Of a stretch of DNA of 64,000 nucleotides, positions 43,406 to 60,278 are shown one piece after another. Under the pieces are notes generated by a model that was not told the DNA's origin, did not search any database, and saw only the letters and a list, made by a program, of their open reading frames with translations. Source of the DNA: the human T2T-CHM13v2.0 reference genome, Homo sapiens; NCBI RefSeq assembly GCF_009914755.1, contig NC_060933.1; one strand, 5' to 3'. Position 1 is the first letter of the stretch; the number at the start of each line of letters is the position of its first letter. The position numbers and the translations under genes are program-made.

Positions 43406-43509
43406 TTAGGTGCAAAAGTAATCACAGTTATTGCCATCACTTTTAATGTTAATTGTACTTTTAATTAAAAGTAATGGCAAAAACTGTGATTACTTTCACA
43501 CCAACCTAA
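43406..43509. mobile_element. MADE1 (Hsmar1 mariner MITE), palindromic, with expanded spacer
   Basis: ttaggtgcaaaagtaatcacagttattgccat...atggcaaaaactgtgattactttcacaccaacctaa. Confidence 0.9.
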
Positions 43510-43519
43510 ATAAATAACA

Positions 43520-44375
43520 TTAATTAAAATCAGCTAGTAGTAGCATAAAGACAGACATACAGACCAATGGAATGAAAGTCCAGAAATAAACTCATATATC
43601 TATGGCCAATCGATTTTTGACATGCATGTCAAGTCCATTCAGTTGGAAAAAATAGTCTCTTCAACAAATGGTGCTGGAACAACTTGATATCCACATGCCA
43701 AAGAATGAAGCAGCATTACTCACAACAGTCAGAAGATGAAAACCACCCAAGTGCCCACCAATAGATGAATGAACAATACATGGTAGAAACATACAATGGA
43801 ATACTATTCAGCCATAAAAAGCAATGAAGTTCAATATACGCTACAACATAAATGAACCTTGAAAACATTACACTAACTGAATTAAAGACCTAAATGTAAG
43901 ACCTAAACCATAAAACTCTTAGAAGAAAACACAGTGAACAAGTTGCTCAGCACTGGTCTTGGCAATTTTTTGCATAGGATCTAAAGTATGGGCAACAAAA
44001 ACAAAAACAAATGGGACTACTACGTCAAACTAAAAAGTTCTGCACACCAAAGGAAATAACAAATGAAAGACAGCCTATAGGTTCGGAGAAAGTATGTGCC
44101 AGCCATACATCTAGATATATAGCTTATCTCAAGATACAAGGGGTTAATATCTTAAATACATAAGAAACACAACTCAATAGCAAAAAAAAAAAGAATGACC
44201 CAATTAAAAAATCAGCAAAAGACCTGAATACTCTTCCAAAGAATATATTAAAATAGCCAACAGGTATATAAAAAGTTGCTCCACATCACTTATCAGAGAA
44301 ATGGAATTCAAGACCACAGTGAAATATCATCACCTCACACCTGTTAGGATGGCTATTATCAAAAAGACAAGAGAC
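43520..44375 (+). mobile_element. L1M ORF2 C-terminal fragments
   Basis: tagtctcttcaacaaatggtgctgg, cacctcacacctgttaggatggctattatcaaaaagac. Confidence 0.8.
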
Positions 44376-44747
44376 CTAAAAGTTATTTCACAGCTCCTCC
44401 AGGGTATAAAGATTTAGAAAAGTTGGGGCAGTCACTAGCAGGCAGCTGGTGCACACCAGAACAGGCCCAACATGGTTCTACAGCTAGTAAGGATAGTCTG
44501 AGGTTCCTGATTACCAGAGCCTCCTGACCTCAACTGTTTCCAGATTCTGAAACAGCAGTGTGGTTCCAGAAATGAAGCTCTAGAAGCAATTTCACAATTA
44601 GACCAGAGGTTTCCTAATCATAAAAGAGGTAACTCTCTTGGTTTCCCAGTTCTGTGGTAAGATGTGAGAGTTGTTCCTTAAAGCTCAACCTATGTCTCTT
44701 TCTTCAGATCTCTCAACTTAATTCCTCCTAAGTAAGCCACTTAATGC

Positions 44748-45424
44748 CTGTGCCAGATATTGATTTATTGCCCCTCATCTCCCAATTCGCCCTTTTTGTC
44801 TGCTCTGTGAAAATGAATTTGTGTCCTTTAAATATCTTTTTTATCTGCCAGCTGACATGACATTAAGCTGTGTCAGTAGACGGCTCTGGAAAAGCATTGC
44901 AAGGGAAAAGAATTGGGCTTCCTAGTTCCAGGGCATTCACTTGGCTCCAGTAGGCAAGGCTTTTCCAGGGACCCACTCCTTCAACAAGGATGGTTCTTCT
45001 ACCACCAGGCTCCTCAGTGTGTGCTGCTTTTCCAATAAGAGCCTAGGTAGTTTTGTAGTAGAGGTCTCTGATGAGATACCTCTTCATAAACAGCATTCCC
45101 TGGTACCCTAAGGGGTAAATTTCCAGCAAATGCCACTAGTGCTGTACCATAGCTTGAACTTGCCCTTTGACATAGCCTTGAACGTGCCCTTTCCAATAAG
45201 ATCTAAGTTCATCTGGAAGATGGAAACGCACTCTATCTTAGTCCTGGGATAGTCACTGCTCCTTATATCTGCTATTCCTATATTCTTTAGCATTATCTTT
45301 ACTTCTCACTGGTAAATCTCTTATTACTCCAATCCCCTGTTACAGTCAATAATTCCTTATATTATTCTTTCCCTGTTAAATTACTATGTGGTTTCTATCT
45401 CCTGATTGAACCCATACTGATACA
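44748..45424 (+). mobile_element. Old ERVL-type solo LTR (LTR16-family-like)
   Basis: Starts tgtgccagatattgatttattgcccctc and ends tcctgattgaacccatactgataca. Confidence 0.55.
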
Positions 45425-45939
45425 TTCCAACAATTCTTTAAACTATTTAGCAGCCTATGGTAAACCTTCTCTTTGCTTAAGGGAAAGTAGTTCTTTCTCT
45501 ACAAGTGTGTCTTTACTGTTTTATTTTTAAATGAAGGATTTGGGCCATGGAGTAGGAGAGGAATCGTACAATATCCTCAGAAATGAAATGAAGTTGTGAC
45601 ATCAACTTTTTTAAATTAGGAAGTGATACTAATCATGCATAGCCAGGGTCAAGAACCATTCCTAGGTCAGCCTATTCAATATTTTAATTGGAACATTAAC
45701 TTCATCTTAAAGTACTATCACTCCTGTTATGCCTAACTGCTATTTTGAAACTTAGCCTACTATGAGATACCACTTCACAACCAATAGAATGGCTAAACTT
45801 TAAAAAGACAGATAATAACAAGTGTTAGCAAGGATGTGGGAAACTGGAACCCTCACACATTGCTGACAGGAATGTACAATGGTGCAATTACTTTGGAAGT
45901 AGTTTGGCAGGGTTTTTTTTTTCGGGGAGGGAAGTGTTT

Positions 45940-46245
45940 TGGTTTTTTTGTGTGTGTTTGTTTGTTTGTTTTTGAGACACGGTCTTGCTCTGTCACCCAG
46001 GCTACAGTACAGTGGCACAAACAAGGCTCACGGCAGCCTCAAACTCCTGGGCTCAAGTAATCCTTCTGCCTCAGCTGGGACCACAGGTGCACACCACCAG
46101 CCACCTAATTGTTTTTTCCATTCTTTGTAGAGACCGGGTCTTGTCATATTGCCCAGGCTGGTCTCAAATTCATGGGCTCAAGCAATTCTTCCACCTTGGC
46201 CTCCCAAAGTACTGAGATTACAGGCATGAGCCACCAAGCCCAGCC
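45940..46245 (-). mobile_element. AluJ-like
   Basis: Diverged reverse Alu. Confidence 0.9.
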
Positions 46246-46665
46246 CAATGATTATGTTATATTTTAGTCCAATCTTCAAACAGGAAAATTGATTTCACCT
46301 ATTTTATTGTCATTAATTTTATCAAAAAGTATGGGTAAGAGTAAATCTACAAAAAGCTTATGTATCTTTCCTGATCATGCATTCTTATCAAAACCAAACA
46401 AATCTGTAAGGTTCACACACTACTCCACAAAAAATGTTCAGATACTTATAAAAAGTCTAATTAGTTTTGCTTTGTGACATTTCCATTTTACTATCAATAA
46501 ATGAGGTAGGTTTGAAGAGCAGAATCTCATTACCCTTCAACTATTAAATGATTTGTTTAAAATAACTCTTCCTCCAACTCAGATTTCAACTATTTTCAGA
46601 CTTAAACAAAGCCAAAATTTCTAAGTCTATACAGATGATAAATGAGATTTAAAATCTTACCTTGA

Positions 46666-46927
<262 letters not shown>

Positions 46928-47049
46928 GACTATGAAGAAACCACTATAACTCAAATAGTGGTTTGGGTTTTTTTGAAGAAACCACTTTATGAAGAAAACC
47001 ACTATAACCCAAAGTCAGCTCCAGCTAATATCCCAATATAAATCAAAAT

Positions 47050-50000
47050 ATATAAAATATGAGGAATAAAAACAGCTAATATGGCATATAAAAAACAAAG
47101 AACAGAAATAAGTAATTTACTTTAGGAAGTAATTACTTTAAATGTAAAGGGATTAAATTTGCCAATCAAAACACAAAGACTGGCAGAATAGATTTTTTTA
47201 AATGATCCAACTGTATGTTGTCTGCAGGAGACTTACTTTAGATCCCATTGCACAAATACATGGAACGTGAAAGAATGGAAGAAGATATTCCATGCAAATA
47301 GTAACCAAAAGAGAGCAGGAAGGGCTATACTAGTATCAGACAAAACAGACTCTGAATCAAATAAGTTTACAAGAGAAAAAGTATATTATATATTAATAAA
47401 AAGTTCAACAGAGCAAGAAGATAAAACAATTATAAACATTTACACACCAACAAAATATATGAAGTAGTTACAGATCATCAAAATACGAGGTAAAAATTAA
47501 CATAATTATGGGGAGAAATACTTCTATAATAAAAGGTGGATACTTAATACACCATTCTCAATGAGGAAAAGAACAACCAGAAAGAAGTGAAGAGAGAGAT
47601 GATTTGAACAACACAATGAATCAACTAGATCTAACATATATTTAGAACAAGGTACTCAACAACAGAATATAAATTCCTCTCAAGTGCACACAGAACATTC
47701 TCCAAAACAGGCCACATATTAGGATACAAATTAAGTCTCAATTGCTTTTAAAAGATATTTATCATACAAAGTGTGCTCTCCAACCTCACAACAGGATTAA
47801 GTTAGAAATCAATCTGAGAAAGAAAACTGGAAAATACACAAATTTATGGAAATTAAACAACGTACTCTTAACCAATGAATCAAAGAAGAAATCACTGGGT
47901 TAACCAGAAAATAGACACAAATGAAAGCAAAGACATGACATACCAAAACTTACAGGATATAGCAAAAGCAGTGCTGAGGAGAAAATCTATAGACATAAAC
48001 ACATTAAAAAGGAAGACAGATCTCAAAACAACCTATCTTTACAACTAAGGAACTACAAAAAGAAGAACTAAACCCAAAGTGAGCAGAAGGAAGAAAATAA
48101 AAAAGACCAGAGGAGAAATAATTAAAATAGAGACTAGAAAAACAATAAAGAAATCAACAAAACCAAAAGTTGGTGCTTTGAAAAGATTAACAAAACTGAC
48201 AAACCTTTAGCAAGATTTAAAAGAGAGAGGACTCAAATTACTAAAATCAGAAATGAAAGGGGAGACATTCATGACCAATTCCACAAAACCAAAAAGGATT
48301 ATAACAGAGTACTGTGAACAACAGTACACCAACAAATTGGATAACCTAGATGAGATAAATTCCTAGAAACACAAAACCTACCAAGCCTGAACCACAAAGG
48401 AATAGAAAATCTAAATAGACCCATAACTATTGAGGAGATGTAATCAGTAATTAAAAACCTCCTTACAGGCTGGGCACGGTGGCTCACGCCTGTAATCCCA
48501 GCACTTTGGGAGGCCAAGGTGGGCGGATCACAAGGTCAAGAGATCGAGACCAGCCTGGCCAACATGGTGAAACCCTGTCTCTACTAAAAATACAAAAAAT
48601 TAGCTGGGCGTGGTGGCGCGTGTCTGTAGTCCCAGCTACTCAGGACGCTGAGGCAGAAGGATCGCTTGAACCCAGGAGGCAGAGGTTGCAGTGAGCCAAG
48701 ATGGCACCACTGCACTCCAGCCTGGCGACAAAGAGAGACTCCGTCTGAAACAAACAAACAAAAAAACCTCCTTACAAAGCAAAGCCCTGAATCTGATGGC
48801 TTCACTGGTAAATTCTACAAAATACTTAAAAAAAAAAAAGTCCAGTTCTTTTCAACTCTTCCAGAAAAGTGAAGAAGGAACGCTTCCTACCTCATTCTAT
48901 AAGGCCAGTACAGCCCTGATACCAAAGTCAGACAGATGTTACAAGAAAATGACAGACCAGTATTCTTTATGACCATTAATGCAAAACTCTTCAACAAAAT
49001 ACTAGGAAACCAAATACAGCAACATGAAGGCAAATCAAAACTACAAGATATCACTTCGTAGCTATTAGGATGGCTGCTACCAAAAACAAAACAAAAACAC
49101 AAAATAGTAAGTGTTGATGTGCATAGATTAGAATCTTTGTGCACTATTGATAGGAATATAAAATGGTGCAGCCACTATGAAAAACAGTATGAAGGTTCCT
49201 TGAAAAATTAAAAATAGAATTACCATACAATCTGGCAATTCCACTTCCGGGTATATACTCAAAAGAACTGAAAGCAAGGTCTTCCATGGGAGGCCGAGGC
49301 AAGTGGATCATGAAGTCAGGAGACAGGGACCATCCTGGTTAATACGGTAGAACCCCGTCTCTACTAAAAATACAAAAAAAAATTAGCCAGGCATGGTGAC
49401 ACACACTTGTAGTCCCAGCTACTTAGGAGGCTGAGGCAGGAGAATCACTTGAACCCAGAGGCAAAGGTTGCAGTGAGCTGAGATCGCGCCACTGCCCTCC
49501 AGCCTGGGCAACACAGCGAGACTCCATCTAAAAAAATTTTAAAAATAAATAAATAAAAAGCAAGGTCTTGAAGAGATGTTTACATACCTAGATTCAAAGC
49601 AGCATTATTCACAAGCAACCCAAGTGTCCATTCATCAACGGATGAATGCATAAACAAAATCTGGTATATACATATAACAGATTATCCAGCCTTAAAAAGA
49701 AAGTCCTGACACACGGTACAACATGAACGAACCTTGAAGACATTGTGCTAAATGAAATAAGCCAGTCACAAAAAGATAAACGCTGTATGATTGATTCCAC
49801 TCATGTGACCTACTCAGAGTTGTCAAATTCATAGCAACAGAAAATAGAACAGTGCCTGCCAGGGAATGGATTATGGGGGAGGGGGAGAGTAATTGTTTAA
49901 TATATACAGAGTTTCAATTTGAGAAGATAAAAGAAGTTCCATAGATGTATGGTGGTGGCTGCCGCACAACAATGTGAATATACTTGATGCCACTAAACTA

Positions 50001-50070
50001 CACACTTAAAAGTGATTTAAATGGTAAATTTTATGTTATATATGTTTTACCACCAATTTTTAAAATAAAT
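47050..50070 (+). mobile_element. L1MA/MB-type LINE (ORF2 EN region joined to the 3' end by a large internal deletion near 49025), with Alus at 48468-48765 and 49287-49558
   Basis: KEWKKIFHANSNQKRAGRAILVSDK endonuclease motif; L1M 3' end atggtaaattttatgttat; Alu TSDs aaaaacctccttaca and aaagcaaggtctt. Confidence 0.85.
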
Positions 50071-50779
50071 ATTTTTTTAAAGATCAAAATATGAACCTTG
50101 TGTTAAAAATTGGGAAAAAAGTTGTTTCAAATATAAATAAAAGTTAAAATCAATAAGATTAAATTAAAAGGTGAGAGATTAGTTTTCACCATGCACCAAA
50201 AAGGAGTCTAGAAAGTGTGTTGACCATAAATTAATAAACCTAAAGAGTTCTTGTTAAAATAATATTTTTTAATTCATTAAACTCTATTACATGTAGGCAG
50301 TGTTCAGATTTTTATTAACATTATCCGACCATAAATCCCTCTGGCTGACTTTATTATTGTTTTTAATCCCTATATAACCAATATCCTTATAATCTTCATA
50401 ATTTTAAATCATTTTCCCCTTAAGGAAAAATGTGAGGCAAAGACAGCAAGTGCCTGGAATTTCTCCATAGGGCAGTTCATTCTCAGCATGAATTAAGTGA
50501 GAAATGAGCAGAGATTAAGAAGGGAAACCAGGTCACTTTTTTTTAAACTTATGAGTTAGATATTAGTGGAGCTTTTCACGTTGTGCCTTCACTGTTTAAT
50601 ATTTACATTCCCAAAATGTTAAATTTGAACATTTATATAGAAATGTACTACCGGGTCTGATTTTTGTTTTTAGATGGTATTCAGATTACTAATACTATAA
50701 TCCCATTGTATCAGCACCTGACTAAAACCATTAAGAAACTTTCTGTGAATAACCTTTATTGTACTTAATTTTGTATGTT

Positions 50780-51040
50780 AAAATATTTTTCTTTAAATTT
50801 TTTAACTGGCACATAATAATCATATGTATTTATGAGGCACAGTGATCTTTTGATACATGTAATGTATAGCAATCAGATCAGGGTAATTAGCAAATCCATC
50901 ATCTCAAACATTTATCATTTCTGTGCATTTGATATCCTCCTGGCTATTCGAAAGTATATATTATCAATTACAGTCATCCTATAGTGCTAGAGAACACTGT
51001 AGAGCTTATTCCTACTATCTAGCTATAATACTTTTTTTTA
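50780..51040 (-). mobile_element. L1MA 3' end
   Basis: aatcagatcagggtaattagcaaatccatcatctcaaacatttatcatttc. Confidence 0.8.
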
Positions 51041-51151
51041 ATAAGACCTTTACCTTTACCCAAAGCGTAAAACAAAAGCAAACAAGAGACTGTCACTACC
51101 ACTTCACTTCTTAATCAAACGTTTGTGAGAAAGCCTCTTTAAGATTTAAAT

Positions 51152-52758
<1,607 letters not shown>

Positions 52759-53409
52759 TTTAGAGTTTTAATATTAGATCCCTGCAAACCAAGAACAAGT
52801 ATGTAAAATCATACTGGAGGGAAAAAAAAAAGTTCCTAGGAAAATTATATGAAAGCTGAAAATGAACACAATGTCAAATCAAAACTGATTTCACACTATA
52901 TAATATCAATAAAAAAGAAAATGCTTAGATAAAAAAGAATGCTTAAAAAAATTGATTTTGTGTGCCCTGGAAACAACATACAATATTCTGATCAAATAAA
53001 CAAGTACATACCTACCAATATTTTGACAGATCACATTTTTGATAGCGGCACATTATAGTCAAAGAAACACCCAATCACAAACTCAAAAACAGATGATTAA
53101 AAGATTAAAATAGCAGCCATCACCAACAGGAGGGAGACAATCCAAGGTTCTGTCAGAAGGGACAAACGGATTTATCAACAGCTCTCCAGTAGCATCCCAG
53201 GGCACCCAGCTCAGGGTCTAGCTGTTCTATTTAAAACTGACTTACATGTTTCCAAGGCAGGAGGCAGGACAGTGAGACTAAGCTCTCATTTAACCCCAAA
53301 GGAGCAAATGGGTCATAGTGGAATTAATCTGCACTAATACTGCTCCATCCACCAAAAGTCCTTTTTCTGCTTACTAGATCCCTTTGAAGACTGAGGAAGA
53401 GCAACGGTA

Positions 53410-53680
53410 ATAATAGCAATATTTACTGGGCACTTACTACATGCCAGGCACTGTGGGCTAAGCACTTTACTTGTATTAATCACTTAATATTTGAGAATAT
53501 CTTAAGAGTATACACTAATATTATGTCATTTTTGGAGCTGAGAAAATTAAAGTACAAAAAGGACAAATAACTTGTCTTAAAAAAATAAAAATAAAAATAA
53601 CTTGCCTAAAGCAAAGCCAGGACCCAAACCGAGCCATCTGGCTCTGAGGCCCAACTCCTTAGCCACTACACCATAGTACA
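53410..53680. mobile_element. MIR
   Basis: atttactgggcacttactacatgccaggcactgt...tctggctctgaggccca. Confidence 0.8.
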
Positions 53681-53844
53681 CAGGCACAGTAATCAACAAT
53701 AACATCTGAAGTTTAAAATTCAGTGCCCACCCTACAAAATTTATGTTGTTTATACTGAAACCCATTGCCTAAGGAAAGCTCCCATCTTGCAGATGGCCCT
53801 CTGACAGGTGCATCCATTGCTATTCACGCACTGTTCAACTTTCA

Positions 53845-54515
<671 letters not shown>

Positions 54516-56270
54516 GTAAAATACAAATTACAAAATTTCATAACTGTTGGACCTCTTTTCCTTCTGCTAATGGAAGTAAAACCATTATTATATAGCAGCC
54601 TAGCCAGACTTTTCTAAAGAGAAGAATGCCTCAATTCGGAAAAGCTTTATAAAAATTGCTTCTACAAAAGTTTAATTAATAGATTTAAATGCTTTGCAAT
54701 GTTGGCCAAATACGAGGGTAGTTTTAAGCCTATCCACTTCATTTCCGAGTTCAGAGTGAGTCTGCAGTTGTAATTATGTGATTAATCAATTCAAGGCAGA
54801 GTTTTGTGATCATTAAAAATGAACCTGTAACTTCACCATAGAATTTAACTTAAGAGAAGTGGAATGGGAAAAAGAGCAAGTCATATTAGAACTCTGCCTG
54901 CATGATGAGAAACAGTGGGTAAGGCACGACTTATTATTTCGCAGTAATTCTACATAGGAAATACAGATCTTTCAGAGTTTTGTTTGGTTTTGACATTTGG
55001 CACATGTTTTAAAATAAGCACCATTTAAAGTTCCTTAAATAAATCATTTCTTTTTTGGCCTACTGAACTAAAAACATTCCACAATACAATTACAAAAATA
55101 ACTTTCCGGTTTTCTCAGACAACCAGTTTATAAGAATAATTCAGAAGTTCACAAAGGATAATTTGATTTACATAAAGCTTAAAAAACGGACATAAAAGGT
55201 AAGTGAAAATGACCGATTAAGAAGACTGTTAAGGTCCTTTCTAACTACAAATTGTCATGCATTGTAATTAAACACAACTACAATGTTAAACACCTGAAGG
55301 AAAAAACCCACATAGAATTAATACTGCCAAAGAAAATTTCCGCTATCTTCAGGCACTTGAGTAAGCTATGTTAAAACGGGAAATGGGCTTTAAATTATCA
55401 ACATTCACATCGATTACACTATGATGCATGAAAACTCCATTCTACAATGAGTAAACGCCCAAGAAAGGAACCCAACCAACTCCAATTGCCCTGGTGCTCG
55501 TAAGAGGTTTATACCGCACAAGGGGTAAAACAACGGTAGAGTCGAGCAAGCCTTTGGGTTACAACAGTCCTTGAACACTTGCAATTGAGAACCCGCAATT
55601 CAGGAAGGAAGACACTAAGGAAACTCTGCACTGTCATCCAGGGTGATCTGATTCAGGTTCAAACCAAACGCTCAAGGCGACAAGTTGTAAACAGAAGACA
55701 CACTTCAGCTCAAACCACCCAGCGAGAGGAAGCAAACGTGCCCATCGCCGATGTCACAGCAAATCCCACCTTGCTGGCGCTCAGTCGGGAACGCTAGAAT
55801 TCTCGAAGCACAGGGGCCCGCGATTCAGCGGCCCGCTACCACTGGGGCGGGGGAGAGCGGGGCTGGGCGCGCCCGCCCCCGGCCCTGCAGCCCCTCGGCT
55901 GGACTCCCCGCGGCGCCGCGAGCTCGGGCCCGAGAGAAAGGGCTGAGCAGAAAGGGCGGCCTCCGCCCAGAGACCGCGCCCGATACCCTCCGCAAGGTCT
56001 GGGACGGGGATCCACCGAGGGTCCGGGGACTGGGGAAGGCGTTTTCCAGACCCAGTCAAAGCCCCACCCCGTCAGGGCTTTCCCTCAAGACCGAGTGCGT
56101 TCCCCTCACGCGTCACATGTGTAACATGCGTTACACAACCCGTCAGGTAAGGGGCGCAGGGATCCGGGGTCGCCCCTCCTACCCCCGGGCGCCGTCGCTC
56201 GCATCTCCCGCGGCCCGGGGAGAGCAGAGGGACGGCCGGCCGGGACATGAGGACTGCAGCAGGGCGCTCA

Positions 56271-56690
<420 letters not shown>

Positions 56691-58394
56691 TTAGGGGCGG
56701 GTGTTCCGCGCGCTGCCGGTCCCTTGTACCCAGCAGCCCCGGCCACCGCCCCTCCGTACCGAACTGCGAGCGACTCCCCACGTTCTTCAAGTCATCTTTC
56801 TGTACACTCCCAACGAGGGCCCCAGCCTTTTCCCGGAACTAAGCCCGCGCCCACCCCCTCCCCCGCCATCAATCAGTCACTTTCTTAGGAAGGGTTCTTA
56901 AAGCTCCCCACGTGATCCCGGGGTCGCATCAAACGCTGGGGACTGCGGTAAAGCTTAGACCTTTCCTGACCTCAAGGAGGGTCCATAATAAGAGGCTGGA
57001 AGGGACATGCTGTTACTACAATCGGGCTCCCAGAAAACAACAGGATTGCACCTTGTGGCCAAATCTCAGTAAATTAGATGCCTAGTGCTGCAGCGAACAA
57101 AATAGCATGCTGATTTACTGTTTTTTGAAAAAGTGCCTGCATATAATCAAAACGGTAATGCTAAGTTGGCTACTGAAGGCAAAGGCGGAATGTTTTATCT
57201 GAGCCAAAGTAATGTGTCAGAGAAATTACTAATACACCCCCTTCTGTTTTGACTGTACTTCAGTGTACTGCAATGTATTGCAAATAAATACTGACATCAT
57301 TTACTTTTTCACGTTGCACAAGAACATGTTTGCTACTGTTTATGGTAAGGAATGTAATATCACAACTAGATAAGGGAATGCATTGAGAACTGTGAGATTT
57401 TTGTTTTGTTTTATGATCTTGTTCAAATAAAATTAAGCAGGTGTGAAAGCAATTCAAAAAGTAACCCAAGGTACACCACAGTGCTTCTTACAGTTTGCCC
57501 TTGGTAGATGTCTTTATTCAGATGAACAAGAAACTGCCATTTTATAAACATCGTAGTTTCCCTCATCGTGAGCACTAAAAGATAGGTTACGGTATTTAAA
57601 ATAATTTTGAAACAACCACCACCCCAAACCACCCAATCAGAAACGTATTATCTGAAAATACCCAATAATAATGTAATAATTTTACAATAATGCTAAATAT
57701 GTATGTAATATACCTGAAACTTTTCTTAAAGAACATGTTTCTAAATGAGTCAACCTGCAATATAGGAAGATATTATGTGGATGTGTGTGTTTGTGGAATT
57801 TGAATCCCACTTTCACAAGCACTGTTAGCATAGTTTGATGACCACAACACAGACCCAGGAGATTAACCCACACAAGATAAATAGCAGCATTACATAGCTT
57901 TGAAATGATTCCAATCACATAGTTTGCCACAAGAGTGAGTGATTTATGTTTTGCGGTAATTAAGAACTTAGAGCTACTCCCCCACCCCCTGGGAATGTGA
58001 CATCACTCTTCATCAGATCCCACGTGTATGAAGTTGAAATAAACTTCACCTCTCCTAGCTAATGTGACGTTACACCTTATCAAACACCATATATATGTTA
58101 CTGACCTCAACTACAGGATTTCGAAATACATATAAACTCAAGAATTTGCAAGATACTTTGAGAGCTCAGCGGGTGGCAGATCGCGTGCTCTGTCAGCCAC
58201 TTCCCTGAACGCTACCAGCTCAGGCTGCAACAGGGCCACACCCTGTTAGCCTTTAAGCTTTGAAGCCTGTCCACCAACACTGGCACAGCCCTCTAGCATC
58301 GTGGGACCTTGCATATCCTCACCGATCTCCTGTATGTTGGACACCATCTCTCCCGAGAACCTCAGCCTCCAAAAGGTAAAGGTACACCTCAGTT

Positions 58395-58722
58395 GTTTTT
58401 CTTTTTCTTTTTCTTTTTCTTTCTTTTTTTTTTTTTTGAGACAAGACTCTCACTCTGTTGCCAAGGCTGTAATACAGTAGTGCAATCATGGCTCACTGCA
58501 GCCTTGACCTCCCAGGCTTAATGAATCGTACTACCTCAGCCTCCCACTGAGTATCTGGGACTACAGGCACACGTCACCACACCTGGCTAATTTTTTTAAT
58601 TGTTTTTGTAGAGTCGGGGTCTCCCTAAGTCACCCAGGCTGGTCTCAAACTCCTGGGCTCAGCAGTCCTCCTGCCTTAGCCTCCCAAAATGCTGAGATTA
58701 CAGGCATTAATACCACACCCAC
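58395..58722 (-). mobile_element. AluJ-like
   Basis: Reverse Alu. Confidence 0.9.
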
Positions 58723-58934
58723 CTCAATCCTTAATCAGACTTTACTTTCCACAGAGGTCTGCTTCAATCTTAATTGAACAACTAGGTTTTAATAGTTTTG
58801 GAACTCACTCACTATGTAGTTAATAAACATCATCTATGGAGTGTATTCCCTGTGAAATTATTCTCTTAATTCTCTGCCTCTATACATTGTGAACCTAAGA
58901 AAATAAATTATCTTCACATGGCAATAAACCATGT

Positions 58935-59351
58935 TGATCCAGGATTGTTTCCTCCTTAGCTCAGCTAGATCCAGGTTCTTGTCTCAAGACCAGGAAAAAT
59001 CAGGTACACGGACACTTGAAGAGTGAGTGAAGTAGAATTTGTTAAGCAAAAGGAAAGCTCTCAGCAAAGAGAAGGATCCTGAAAGCAGGTTCCCAGTTGC
59101 CCGCTTCACAGTTGAATGCAGGGGCTTTTACATGCAAGCTGATGGGGCCAGGTTCCCTATTTGTGTAAGGCGCAAATTCCTGGTGGCTCCACCCCATTCC
59201 CCCAGTGTGCACGCGGGCCCTTAGTCCACTGTAGGCATGTTTAGGCAAGACCCCTGTGTAAGTTCCCTTATCTGTACGAAACATGGGTGGGAGCTTCTCT
59301 GGGGACCCTTTGCTTACTATCTGCCTAAAGCAAGCTGGCTGACGCCTTTCA
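58935..59351 (-). mobile_element. ERV1-class solo LTR
   Basis: TG...CA ends, 4-bp TSD atgt (58931-58934 and 59352-59355); shares ttaggcaga-agt-ag text with the LTR at 60279. Confidence 0.8.
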
Positions 59352-60278
59352 ATGTGATTCATGAAATCATACTTTTATCTCTCTACTTTGAACCATACAA
59401 AACACAGAGCTAATTTCTATTGGTCACTCTTTCCACAGCTTCTTCAATAAACCTTATTATGATATATAAAACTAAATGTGAATGGCTGATATAGATCAGA
59501 GTTGGACTATATAATGGAATTCATTTAACTTGGATTCCTCTATTCAGTCCAGCCTTGTAGGTACTCAGTAAATGTTTTCCTGTTTCATTTTTGGACTAGT
59601 CATGGGGAGAGAGAGGTGAACATTGGAGCCCAGCTATCTCTTTCTCCTCTTCTGCGGATCACCTTATCTCCATGCTTTTAATAAGGTAACGTACAAAATG
59701 CAACACACTGTATTACAAAACTCTATAGTCATAAGGCTTAGAACAGCCATGGACCTCTCAAAAAGTCTACAGCAATTTCCATCTAGAACATAAATGTTAG
59801 GAGAGCATGATTGATCATGAGGTTTCTGAAACATAGCTGGTCCTCTGGAGTTAGAGGATTGATTGTTATAACTATTCAACAATCAACCATTTATTGAGCA
59901 CCTCTTATGTACCAGACAGTCCTCTTGAGATCTTCTGAGGAATTAAGCAAATGATAATGCTCAACAAAATACCTAACCACTGCCTTGTGTCAAACTAAAA
60001 GGTTTACCACAAATAGACCACAGAACAGAATGTAGTACAAACGACCAGAGCTGAATCTAAATGAATGCGGCAAAACTGGGAAATGGAGGGAAGCAATCTG
60101 GGATTTCACACATTGAATGGTTCTGATGCAAAATCTTTTACAGTGGCAAATGGTTTCCATGGTAAACTGTGAATGATATATAATTCGGGGTCAGAAAAAT
60201 TGAACTTAAAGGCCAGGTGTGGTGGCTCATGCCTGTAATCCCAGCATTTTGGGAGGCCAAAGCAGGAGGATCAATTGG

